Below are positions 8,832 to 16,390 of a stretch of DNA of 64,000 bases, piece by piece. The translations under genes were made by a program, and so were the position numbers. The first letter of the stretch is position 1. Each line of letters opens with the position of its first letter. The notes below the pieces were generated by a model. That model made no database searches and was not told the DNA's origin. It was given only the letters and a program-made list of their open reading frames with translations. The stretch comes from Parcubacteria group bacterium M6-OD1-1 (GTDB lineage Bacteria > Patescibacteriota > Minisyncoccia > GWC2-36-17 > M10-OD1-4). The stretch covers positions 152,729 to 216,728 of the forward strand of contig LSNK01000001.1 in assembly GCA_003056085.1 (NCBI GenBank), written 5' to 3'.

Positions 8832-9878
8832 TTAATTAAAATAATTATTTACAGCGTCTTCAAATTGCTCGATAAATATTTTTTTAAAATAAAAAATATT
8901 ATTTATCTCATAGAATAATAAGCTTGCCTTTTTGTATTCCCCAACATCTACAATCCTATAAGAAAATGGTATTGAATTATGTGCTAATAAAATAGCATTT
9001 GAAAGCATACGAGCTGTTCTTTTATTTCCATCCTCAAAAGCCTGAATATATGAAATTAAAATTAACCCAAGAAAAGCTTTTTCAAAAAATAATTCTTTTT
9101 TATTTATTAGGTCAATCATTCTTTCTAAGACTTCCTTAAGTTGAAATAAATTATCCAATGGCTTATATTTTGTAGCAGTAATACCCACCGCATTATTCCT
9201 AATATTTTTTGTAATATTAAGTTTTTTGGTTAAAACAGAATGAATATATTCAATATCAGAATAATTTAATTTTTTAAATCTCTCTTTGTTTAAAATAGAC
9301 TCATTAAAAGCATCTTTATGATTAAGAATCATTTGAGTCTCTTTTTCCGTTTTTCCTTTCCCAACAATATTTTCCTTAATCAAAGCTTCCGTACTTAAAA
9401 GTGAGTAAGTATTTCCCTCTATGACTGAAGATTTCCAAGAAAATTCAATCATTATTCTTTCAAATTCTTTATTTATAAGAGTTTGACTATCATATTCAGA
9501 AAAATTTTTTATAAACTCCCTTTGTAATTTTTCAATTTTTGCCTTTTCTTCTTTAGTGAAAATATCACCTTCCAAAATATTAAAAATTTCAAAATTAAAA
9601 CTTTTTTTTACTTCTCTTTCTGTGTATGGAATAGAAAAATATTTTTTAGCATCAATTTTATTTATAATTTCATAATTTTCAGACAAAGAGTAGATTACGC
9701 CTCTTCCTAATCCTTTTTTAAAAATTAAAAACTTTTCTTCTAGTTCTTTTAAATCTCTTTGTAGTGTTTTTCTATCAATATCCACACTCAAAAAAGACAG
9801 AATATCAGACACCGATACTTCTGTCCTTTTCTTTATAAAAGTAATAATTTTATCTTGTCTTTTTTGCTTTTTATTCAT
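8832..9878 (-). CDS. Fic/Doc family protein with N-terminal DeoR-like wHTH
   Basis: RKTLQRDLKELE HTH, SSVIEGN, and non-canonical Fic motif QAFEDGNKRTAR. Confidence 0.9.
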   Translation of the reverse strand: MNKKQKRQDKIITFIKKRTEVSVSDILSFLSVDIDRKTLQRDLKELEEKFLIFKKGLGRGVIYSLSENYEIINKIDAKKYFSIPYTEREVKKSFNFEIFNILEGDIFTKEEKAKIEKLQREFIKNFSEYDSQTLINKEFERIMIEFSWKSSVIEGNTYSLLSTEALIKENIVGKGKTEKETQMILNHKDAFNESILNKERFKKLNYSDIEYIHSVLTKKLNITKNIRNNAVGITATKYKPLDNLFQLKEVLERMIDLINKKELFFEKAFLGLILISYIQAFEDGNKRTARMLSNAILLAHNSIPFSYRIVDVGEYKKASLLFYEINNIFYFKKIFIEQFEDAVNNYFN

Positions 9879-9897
9879 ATATAAACAATATAATTAA

Positions 9898-10002
9898 TTG
9901 CGACATTTTACAATACTAATTGCGACACCTTTAAAGTATTTATTCATAAAATCGTTATTTATAGCAGTTTTATTGCGACATTTTATAATACTAATTGCGA
10001 CA
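9898..10002. promoter_or_regulatory. Four TTGCGACA boxes in two 30-bp direct repeats, putative operator of the wHTH-Fic gene
   Basis: TTGCGACATTTTA(C/T)AATACTAATTGCGACA at 9898-9927 and 9973-10002. Confidence 0.65.
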
Positions 10003-10036
10003 TATTATAACTCCCCTTGAGAATACCTTTTCCAAA

Positions 10037-10068
10037 AAAGGTGTCAGAAAAGGTGTCAGGTACCTTTT
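10037..10068 (+). repeat. REP-like partial copy plus full copy (10049-10068)
   Basis: AAAGGTGTCAG-A-AAAGGTGTCAGGTACCTTTT. Confidence 0.85.
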
Positions 10069-10107
10069 TTCACTCATTTATAAAAATAATATTTTTTTTC
10101 ATATAGA

Positions 10108-10365
10108 TTATTTAATATTTTTTGAAGAATTATCTGATATTTTTACTTTTAGAAAAACGAGTATTATAAATAGAATAATAAATAATAAGAAAGAAATTGC
10201 ATAATAAGGAACTGCGTGATCTAAAAGATTATATACATAAGGACAACCAGGATTATTATCGCCAGAATTAGGCATTATAACTTTTCGAACTATTAATTGC
10301 ATACCGATTAAAATACCGATATTAACCCAAAATAAAATATATATAATTTTATAAATTTTTATCAT
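10108..10365 (-). CDS. Small membrane protein (2 TM)
   Basis: Two hydrophobic segments; 4-bp ATGA overlap with the upstream gene. Confidence 0.6.
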   Translation of the reverse strand: MIKIYKIIYILFWVNIGILIGMQLIVRKVIMPNSGDNNPGCPYVYNLLDHAVPYYAISFLLFIILFIILVFLKVKISDNSSKNIK

Positions 10366-11402
10366 TTCTTAAAACAACCGATAAACCAAGCTCTTTTTAG
10401 AGTTATCTCCCCTTTTTCTGCACCAATAGAAAGATACTTTCCGTCTCTACCGTTCCCACTCTTAATTGTTACATTATCACAAGAATTTATTTTGTCTAAA
10501 TATTTTTCTTTAAAAGTATTATACGCATAATTTTTCTTTTTTTGAATATCCGTACAAGCATTAGCATATTCTCCACAGTACTCAAAACTCACACCATACA
10601 AAGACTCCTCTTTTCCAGTTTCCAGATTAATCTTTGTAAGCCTCGCTGCAGCAACTCCTGCATCACCCATAGAATAAATAAGTAAAAGTGAATTTTTATC
10701 TGGCATATAATCAACTACTGTTACAATTCCAACAGGTGAGGTTTCTATTTTGTCAACTATAATTTTATTTTGTTTTGATTTATTATTATAAACCCCCAAA
10801 ACACACGACATTCTTTCTGAACAACCATTTCTTAAATAAAATACTAAATTACCTGAAACATAAAAATCATTTATATTGGAATTTTCAGAAAATTCCAATT
10901 GATTAGTATTTTTAGTTTTTATATCAAAATAATTTATCTTTCCCTTCTTATTTATAAAATAAATTTTATCCCCCTCAAGTCTTGGCTTAGCTATCCATGG
11001 CTCTGTTGAAACAAAACCAATTTTTTGTTCTGTCTCAGTTTTTGTATTAAAAATAGAAAAGAAAAAAGCGTTTTCGTAATGATTGTTTTCTGTTGGTGTT
11101 CTTTCTTCTTTTAAAATAAGTAATCCTGAGTTTAAATTCTCAAAAGAAATGATCGGAAAACTTTTTATAAGTTTATCTATTTTAAGTTTAGTGCTTGTTG
11201 CTATGTTAAAAAAAGGCGGTGAAATATTGACAATATTTTTAGGAGGCTCAACTCCAATACCTCTATTATAAACTGAATCTGCACTTGAAGCTTTTTTGAA
11301 AACTGCCAAATTATACTTTTCAATAAAATAAAAAACACTAAAAATAATCAATCCGGAAATAATCAATGCTCCAATTATTAAAATATTACTTTTATTAAAC
11401 AT
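10362..11402 (-). CDS. Hypothetical membrane-anchored extracellular protein, possibly beta-propeller
   Basis: N-terminal TM helix, beta-rich repeats and paired Cys. Confidence 0.75.
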   Translation of the reverse strand: MFNKSNILIIGALIISGLIIFSVFYFIEKYNLAVFKKASSADSVYNRGIGVEPPKNIVNISPPFFNIATSTKLKIDKLIKSFPIISFENLNSGLLILKEERTPTENNHYENAFFFSIFNTKTETEQKIGFVSTEPWIAKPRLEGDKIYFINKKGKINYFDIKTKNTNQLEFSENSNINDFYVSGNLVFYLRNGCSERMSCVLGVYNNKSKQNKIIVDKIETSPVGIVTVVDYMPDKNSLLLIYSMGDAGVAAARLTKINLETGKEESLYGVSFEYCGEYANACTDIQKKKNYAYNTFKEKYLDKINSCDNVTIKSGNGRDGKYLSIGAEKGEITLKRAWFIGCFKK

Positions 11403-11427
11403 AAATTAACTAAGCTTATATATTAGA

Positions 11428-12348
11428 TTAACTTTCTAAAACATTAAATCCATTAAATATGGCATCACACATAAAATCTTCCAATAAACTGGAATCTCCA
11501 CTTTGTTGAGACTTATTTAAATAATTATAATAAAATCTTTTATTTTCTTGCTTAATAACTGCTGGCGGTAAATTTCTTCTCAAAAACATCGCTACCACAA
11601 TAAGACGCCCAATTCTTCCGTTGCCATCAGAAAAAGGATGAATTTTCTCAAAATCACTATGTATTTGAGAAATATGTTTTACTACATCATCTTCTTCTTT
11701 ATTTATATTTTTTATTAGCCTTACTACTAACTCTGGGACTTTCAAATAATTAGCAGTAGGAATATTGGCTCCGACAATTCTCACCCCATGATTTCTATAA
11801 AAACCCGCATCATCTCTAATGCTATTCATTAAAATGCTATGTAATTTTAAAATTAATAATTCTGTAATTTTAAAATTTGGCTTAATCTGTTTAAATAAAA
11901 ACTGTAAAGCTGTTTGATGATTTTTAGCCTCTAATTGTTCAATTAAATTTCTGTTTTTCAAAGATATGTTCCGAAATAAAATATCTGCAGTTTCATTTTC
12001 AGTTAAAGTACTGCCTTCTATGCTGTTTGTATTGTAAGTTAAAGATAAAATAAACTGATCATAAATATCTTTACGACTGATGATTTCTTTTAATATGTTT
12101 GTGTATTTTTTTGATTTATTGTAAATAACATCTTTTTTTGCTTGTAAAATATTATCTGGAATAATTTTTTGCCCTGTGTATTTTTTATACAATTCATCAA
12201 TCAACTCCCGCCTTCTTTTGTGAGGAACTGATTTGTTATTGATCCAGCTATTTAAAGTTGCAAAAGACACCTCCAGCTCATAAGCAATTTTTTCTTGAGT
12301 TAAGCCTGAAATTTGTTTAATTAATTTTAGTTTCTCTGATGTATTCAT
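11428..12348 (-). CDS. XRE-HTH/Fic family protein (AMPylase)
   Basis: N-terminal HTH (LTQEKIAYELEVSFATLNSW), TNSIEGS inhibitory helix and canonical HPFSDGNGRIGR. Confidence 0.92.
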   Translation of the reverse strand: MNTSEKLKLIKQISGLTQEKIAYELEVSFATLNSWINNKSVPHKRRRELIDELYKKYTGQKIIPDNILQAKKDVIYNKSKKYTNILKEIISRKDIYDQFILSLTYNTNSIEGSTLTENETADILFRNISLKNRNLIEQLEAKNHQTALQFLFKQIKPNFKITELLILKLHSILMNSIRDDAGFYRNHGVRIVGANIPTANYLKVPELVVRLIKNINKEEDDVVKHISQIHSDFEKIHPFSDGNGRIGRLIVVAMFLRRNLPPAVIKQENKRFYYNYLNKSQQSGDSSLLEDFMCDAIFNGFNVLES

Positions 12349-12357
12349 AATATCAGT

Positions 12358-12408
12358 ATATTATAGAACTTTATAAAGTTTGTCAAATTTAATAAACTTT
12401 ATAAAGTT
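12358..12408 (-). promoter_or_regulatory. Promoter (TTGACA-N17-TAATAT) with two palindromic operators AACTTTATAAAGTT
   Basis: Palindromes at 12367-12380 (inside the spacer) and 12395-12408. Confidence 0.7.
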
Positions 12409-12421
12409 TTAATTTAATACT

Positions 12422-12566
12422 CTCTAAGCAAAACAAAAAATCTTTCAATTTCTTGAAAGATTTTTTGTTTTATTGTTTTTCTGTCTTAAACAAATGTTAA
12501 AGCATTTCCTTTGCTGTCTCCTCTGCCTGTTCTGCCTATTCTGTGGACATAGTCGTTGTATGACTG
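12422..12566 (-). repeat. 145-bp direct repeat: duplicated 3' end and terminator of the DEAD-box helicase gene
   Basis: Base-for-base identical to 18305-18449. Confidence 0.95.
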
Positions 12567-12614
12567 CGTTTTGAGTTACTTTAAATAGTTGATATTTCAT
12601 GCAAATATTATAAA

Positions 12615-13112
12615 TTACTTTACAACAAACTTCTCAGATGCAATGTTAATAGAATAAGTTTTTTCCTCTTCAATTCTCTTAATTATTTTTGGAATATCTG
12701 GATCCCAAAATAAATCTTCCATGCTTTGTATTTTTTCGAGAGTAAACCAATCATATTCAAGATCTTCTGAATTTTCTATTAATCGTCCCGTTAGCTCCGA
12801 AATAAAGATTATCTTTACGGCATGCAAAACAATATCATTTTTATACTTTATTAATGGAAAAACACCTGCAAGTTCTTTTATTTTTACCTCAAGACCAGTT
12901 TCTTCTTCTGTCTCCCTCTTTGCTCCAATTATAATATCCTCTTCCATCTCAAGCCACCCTGAAGGAATGCTCCATTTTCCATTTTGATGAATTAGTAAGT
13001 ATTTATCATCTTTTACAACAACAGAGCCGACAATAATAAATGGCTGTGTGACACAGCGTTTGTTTCCTTGTTCTGTTTTAGTAACTATTTGTGGTTTATC
13101 TTTAGAATCCAT
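12615..13112 (-). CDS. NUDIX hydrolase
   Basis: Nudix box GWLEMEEDIIIGAKRETEEETGL. Confidence 0.92.
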   Translation of the reverse strand: MDSKDKPQIVTKTEQGNKRCVTQPFIIVGSVVVKDDKYLLIHQNGKWSIPSGWLEMEEDIIIGAKRETEEETGLEVKIKELAGVFPLIKYKNDIVLHAVKIIFISELTGRLIENSEDLEYDWFTLEKIQSMEDLFWDPDIPKIIKRIEEEKTYSINIASEKFVVK

Positions 13113-13114
13113 TT

Positions 13115-14056
13115 TTATTTTTTATTTAATATTATATTATAATATTTTTTTTCGGTATCATTGAATATTGTTTTCATCTCTTCTATGCAAGATTCTCCAT
13201 TTAACGCACTCAGAGGTAATATCAATATATTCTCATCTATAGTATTATAACACGGTTCAAATACACTTAAAAATATATTTAATTCATATAAACGTGTTGT
13301 TATCTTTTTTAAACACTTTTCATCACTTTCATTATTATGACTACCATACCTATCTATCCTTGATTTACATTTTAATAATGTTTGATGTAGTGCATAATAT
13401 GTATTATTAAAATTATCTTCTAAGTAACAGAAATCTTTACCATAGAGAACTATATTTCTATAGTAAGCAACAGAAATCTCATGCTTCGTCGCATCTTCAT
13501 GAACTACACCAGCATAAACGGTATCATTTACAGGAAAGTTTAAACTCATGTTATCTTCTCCATATACAAAATAATTAATATATTTTGCTTCGATATTTAG
13601 ATTACTTCTTAACTCTTCAGACACCAATACATTATCTAATGAATATGAAAATTCACTACCTTTAATAACAATTCCCAGATCTATATCGTCAGGAGCATAA
13701 TCCCTATATCCATAAACATAACTGCCGTATACGTAAATGGATATTATGTCCTCAATATTAAAATTAGGACATTTACTCATAACACTCTCAATAACAGAAT
13801 TTATATTTTCTTTTAATTTTAAAATTCTTCCAATTATCAATTTATTTTGATTGCTATCAAATACCCGATAATACGGATTTCTATTTTTCAAATTATCTAT
13901 AATATCTTTTTCTGAATCAAGACAGATATTTTCATTAGAAAAAATAAATAAGGGGTATTCATATTGATACCCCTTATTTAATTTATTATTATTTTCCTTT
14001 CTTATCTCTTTGATGATCTTCTCTGCGTAATTACGAGAGGACAATAAACTCCACAT
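13115..14056 (-). CDS. Pol-beta-superfamily nucleotidyltransferase-like protein (true start uncertain, probably downstream of 13945)
   Basis: IYVYGSYVYG...PDDIDLGIV (hG[S]-x-DxD) motif followed by a helical C-terminal domain. Confidence 0.7.
   Translation of the reverse strand: MWSLLSSRNYAEKIIKEIRKENNNKLNKGYQYEYPLFIFSNENICLDSEKDIIDNLKNRNPYYRVFDSNQNKLIIGRILKLKENINSVIESVMSKCPNFNIEDIISIYVYGSYVYGYRDYAPDDIDLGIVIKGSEFSYSLDNVLVSEELRSNLNIEAKYINYFVYGEDNMSLNFPVNDTVYAGVVHEDATKHEISVAYYRNIVLYGKDFCYLEDNFNNTYYALHQTLLKCKSRIDRYGSHNNESDEKCLKKITTRLYELNIFLSVFEPCYNTIDENILILPLSALNGESCIEEMKTIFNDTEKKYYNIILNKK
13945..13980 (-). terminator. 14-bp perfect hairpin plus T6 just after the ThiC-like gene
   Basis: TAAATAAGGGGTAT-N8-ATACCCCTTATTTA-TTTTTT on the - strand. 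Confidence 0.5.
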
Positions 14057-15108
14057 TTATCACACCCTCTTGAAAGCGCCTCTGGATCACAACTTTTTAT
14101 CAACGATCTTTTTTGCAGGACATCCCTATCTTCTTCCATCAAATCAGGAATACGAGCCATATCTCCAGAATGAACAGCTATTTTTGCAGACATTATACCC
14201 CTTTCAGAATCATCAAGCGTAGGAAATCCCTTATGCTCATTAGCTGGAATAGTTGTAATTTTGCCAACATTAAATCTAGCCGCCTCTGCCGCACCTATAG
14301 CAGATGCTATATAATCATACGAACCGCATACATCGGTTACAACTGGTCCAAGTAATTGAAACGGCACATAATCCCCATGAGTCTCCCTGATGCTACCAAT
14401 CATTTCGGCTATCATATGAAATGGATAATGACTCATCACCTCAACTATAGATAAAACTCCATTTTCTTTCAGAAAAGAATACATCTCCATCTGTTTTCCA
14501 ACCTCCCACAAATGAGATCTATCGTTAGCTTCAACTATCCCCGCAGCTCTAAAAGTAGAACCTATGTGAATAGTAGTATTATACTCCTTAGCCAAGTCAA
14601 TAATATCATCTAAAATAGGATAATAAGGATTATCTACTTTATGCTTTCTCATCGTTACAGCTAAGAGACCTCCTTGTCTTCCTGTTATAGGGATCAAACG
14701 ACCACTTGAATAGGTCTCGAGTTCTTCTCTAGTTCTTGGAGTAAAATTGATCGTCATATGGTCACCCCCTCCAAGAATAAAGCACTCAATTTCTTCAAGT
14801 AAAACGTCAGGATAAACTTTTGTTTTGTTTTCTATAAAAGGTAAATAGATGGGATTCATACCAACACCAATGTGTGGGTATTTCTCTTTAACATACCTCC
14901 AGAGTGGTTGTTTGAGCCTGATTGTACTAAGGTCGGTTATTGTATGAACTCCAAGCTTAGCAGCAAGATCTATTTTTTTCATCTCTTGATGCACCGAATC
15001 TTCATCTACTTTATTAGTCCCCACAATGAAATTTATCTTTGTAGTAGCTCCCTCTCCTACTTCCAAATTAACATCACCAAGCTTATTGCCAACAATTATC
15101 TTATTCAC
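14002..15108 (-). CDS. Divergent ThiC/Bza-family radical SAM enzyme
   Basis: TITDLS, NPIY, LGPVVTD, YDYIASAIGAA, EHKGFP, KIAVHSGD and C-terminal CDKCGVYC cluster motif. Several substrate-site motifs differ from ThiC. Confidence 0.85.
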   Translation of the reverse strand: MNKIIVGNKLGDVNLEVGEGATTKINFIVGTNKVDEDSVHQEMKKIDLAAKLGVHTITDLSTIRLKQPLWRYVKEKYPHIGVGMNPIYLPFIENKTKVYPDVLLEEIECFILGGGDHMTINFTPRTREELETYSSGRLIPITGRQGGLLAVTMRKHKVDNPYYPILDDIIDLAKEYNTTIHIGSTFRAAGIVEANDRSHLWEVGKQMEMYSFLKENGVLSIVEVMSHYPFHMIAEMIGSIRETHGDYVPFQLLGPVVTDVCGSYDYIASAIGAAEAARFNVGKITTIPANEHKGFPTLDDSERGIMSAKIAVHSGDMARIPDLMEEDRDVLQKRSLIKSCDPEALSRGCDKCGVYCPLVITQRRSSKR

Positions 15109-15123
15109 TATATTGTCTCCTAT

Positions 15124-15813
15124 TTAAAAGATGTTCTTATCAGAAAATACATCTATAATCCTATTGTGTACAGTTTCGATATCATCATTTCCATCTATAC
15201 GCATAAGATCATACTTATTGGTCAAGCGCTCAAATTCATACCTGTATTGCTTCAAAAATGTAATACTAGAAGTATCATACCCACGCATCGCAACTCGCTC
15301 ATCTGCGATTTTAGGATCAGTGTCCAACCAAAAATTTAATTTTGGAGGATCAAGATAGAGAAGGATATTTTTTACATGCTCATAAGTTTCATCGGAGCAT
15401 CCATTAGCCATAGCTCCAGCAAGCCAATCAAAAACGGATCTTGAAGAAACAATCGTAAATCCCGAGTTTACAACGGAATCAATCTTCTCCATTTTATTCC
15501 TTAGCACCTCAAAGCTTATTGCCACCATGTACGCATCTATGCCAAGCAACGCATGCCCAGACTTGATGCCCATGCTCTTACCTATTATGTAACTCATTTC
15601 AGAAACAAAGTATCTTGTCTCCTCATATCTTGCTACAGCAATACCCTTTTCCCTTCTTAGCCACCCACATAATAAATTCATTTGGGTGGTTTTACCAGCG
15701 CCATCAATACCAGAAAAACCTATATGTACACCATTATCACATTTCATGATAAGTCTCCTATATACCTGATTATTAAATTGGAAAAAAGCAATCTTACACA
15801 CAAGGAATACCAT
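15124..15813 (-). CDS. Thymidylate-kinase-like nucleoside monophosphate kinase (likely start 15747)
   Basis: P-loop GIDGAGKTT, IVSSRS (DR-motif variant), PKLNFWLDTDPKIADERV and IDGN. Confidence 0.85.
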   Translation of the reverse strand: MVFLVCKIAFFQFNNQVYRRLIMKCDNGVHIGFSGIDGAGKTTQMNLLCGWLRREKGIAVARYEETRYFVSEMSYIIGKSMGIKSGHALLGIDAYMVAISFEVLRNKMEKIDSVVNSGFTIVSSRSVFDWLAGAMANGCSDETYEHVKNILLYLDPPKLNFWLDTDPKIADERVAMRGYDTSSITFLKQYRYEFERLTNKYDLMRIDGNDDIETVHNRIIDVFSDKNIF

Positions 15814-15840
15814 GTTATAAGCTTCATGTCAATCAAATTT

Positions 15841-16135
15841 CTTAAATTAACACCTGAAATGCACACTATTAAAAACTTGATGCGGTGTTAAATAGTTAAG
15901 ACGTTTACGAGGTCTGTTATTTAACTTTCTAACAGCTCTTTTTACATCTTTATCCGTAATTGTAGCAAAAGAAGATCTTTTAGGAAAATATTGTCTTAAT
16001 AAGCCATTAACATTTTCATTAGCGCCTCTTTGTTGAGGTTTGCCTTTGTCTGCAAAATACACTAAAGCTCCCGTTTCTTGTTCTATAAATTTATGTTCTG
16101 CAAACTCACTTCCATTGTCGTAAGTTATTGTAAGG
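15841..16135 (-). mobile_element. IS30-family transposase 3' remnant with right end
   Basis: TITYDNGSEFA...QRGANENVNGLLRQYFPK...LNNRPRKRLNYLTP; IS30-like end GTGCATTTCAGGTGTTAATTTAAG. Confidence 0.9.
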
Positions 16136-16390
16136 CAACTGCCTTGTGGACAAATTCCAAAAAACCTCTTGTGTATTCTTTCATCAGTCTATTTCTCTTC
16201 TGTTGGTTAAATATTACATAGTGTTAACTCCAAGATAACTATACTTATATTTCACAACAAATCAACAATCTCCGCTGATCCATCCACCCATTTCCTTGTC
16301 TTATAAAGTATTTGATGCTATAAATCATATTGGTTTTAGAGGATGTTCTTTATATAAAAAATAAACAACTTAAACAAGGGGTATATCACT

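Noticed and set aside
471-10068. CRISPR array or integron attC sites formed by the 20-bp repeats
   Set aside because: Spacing is irregular and kb-scale, orientation is mixed, and there are no RYYYAAC/GTTRRRY ends or integron integrase.
14002-15108. Ordinary thiC for thiamine synthesis
   Set aside because: Substrate-site motifs are altered, with no TPP riboswitch or other thi genes nearby, so no gene symbol was assigned.
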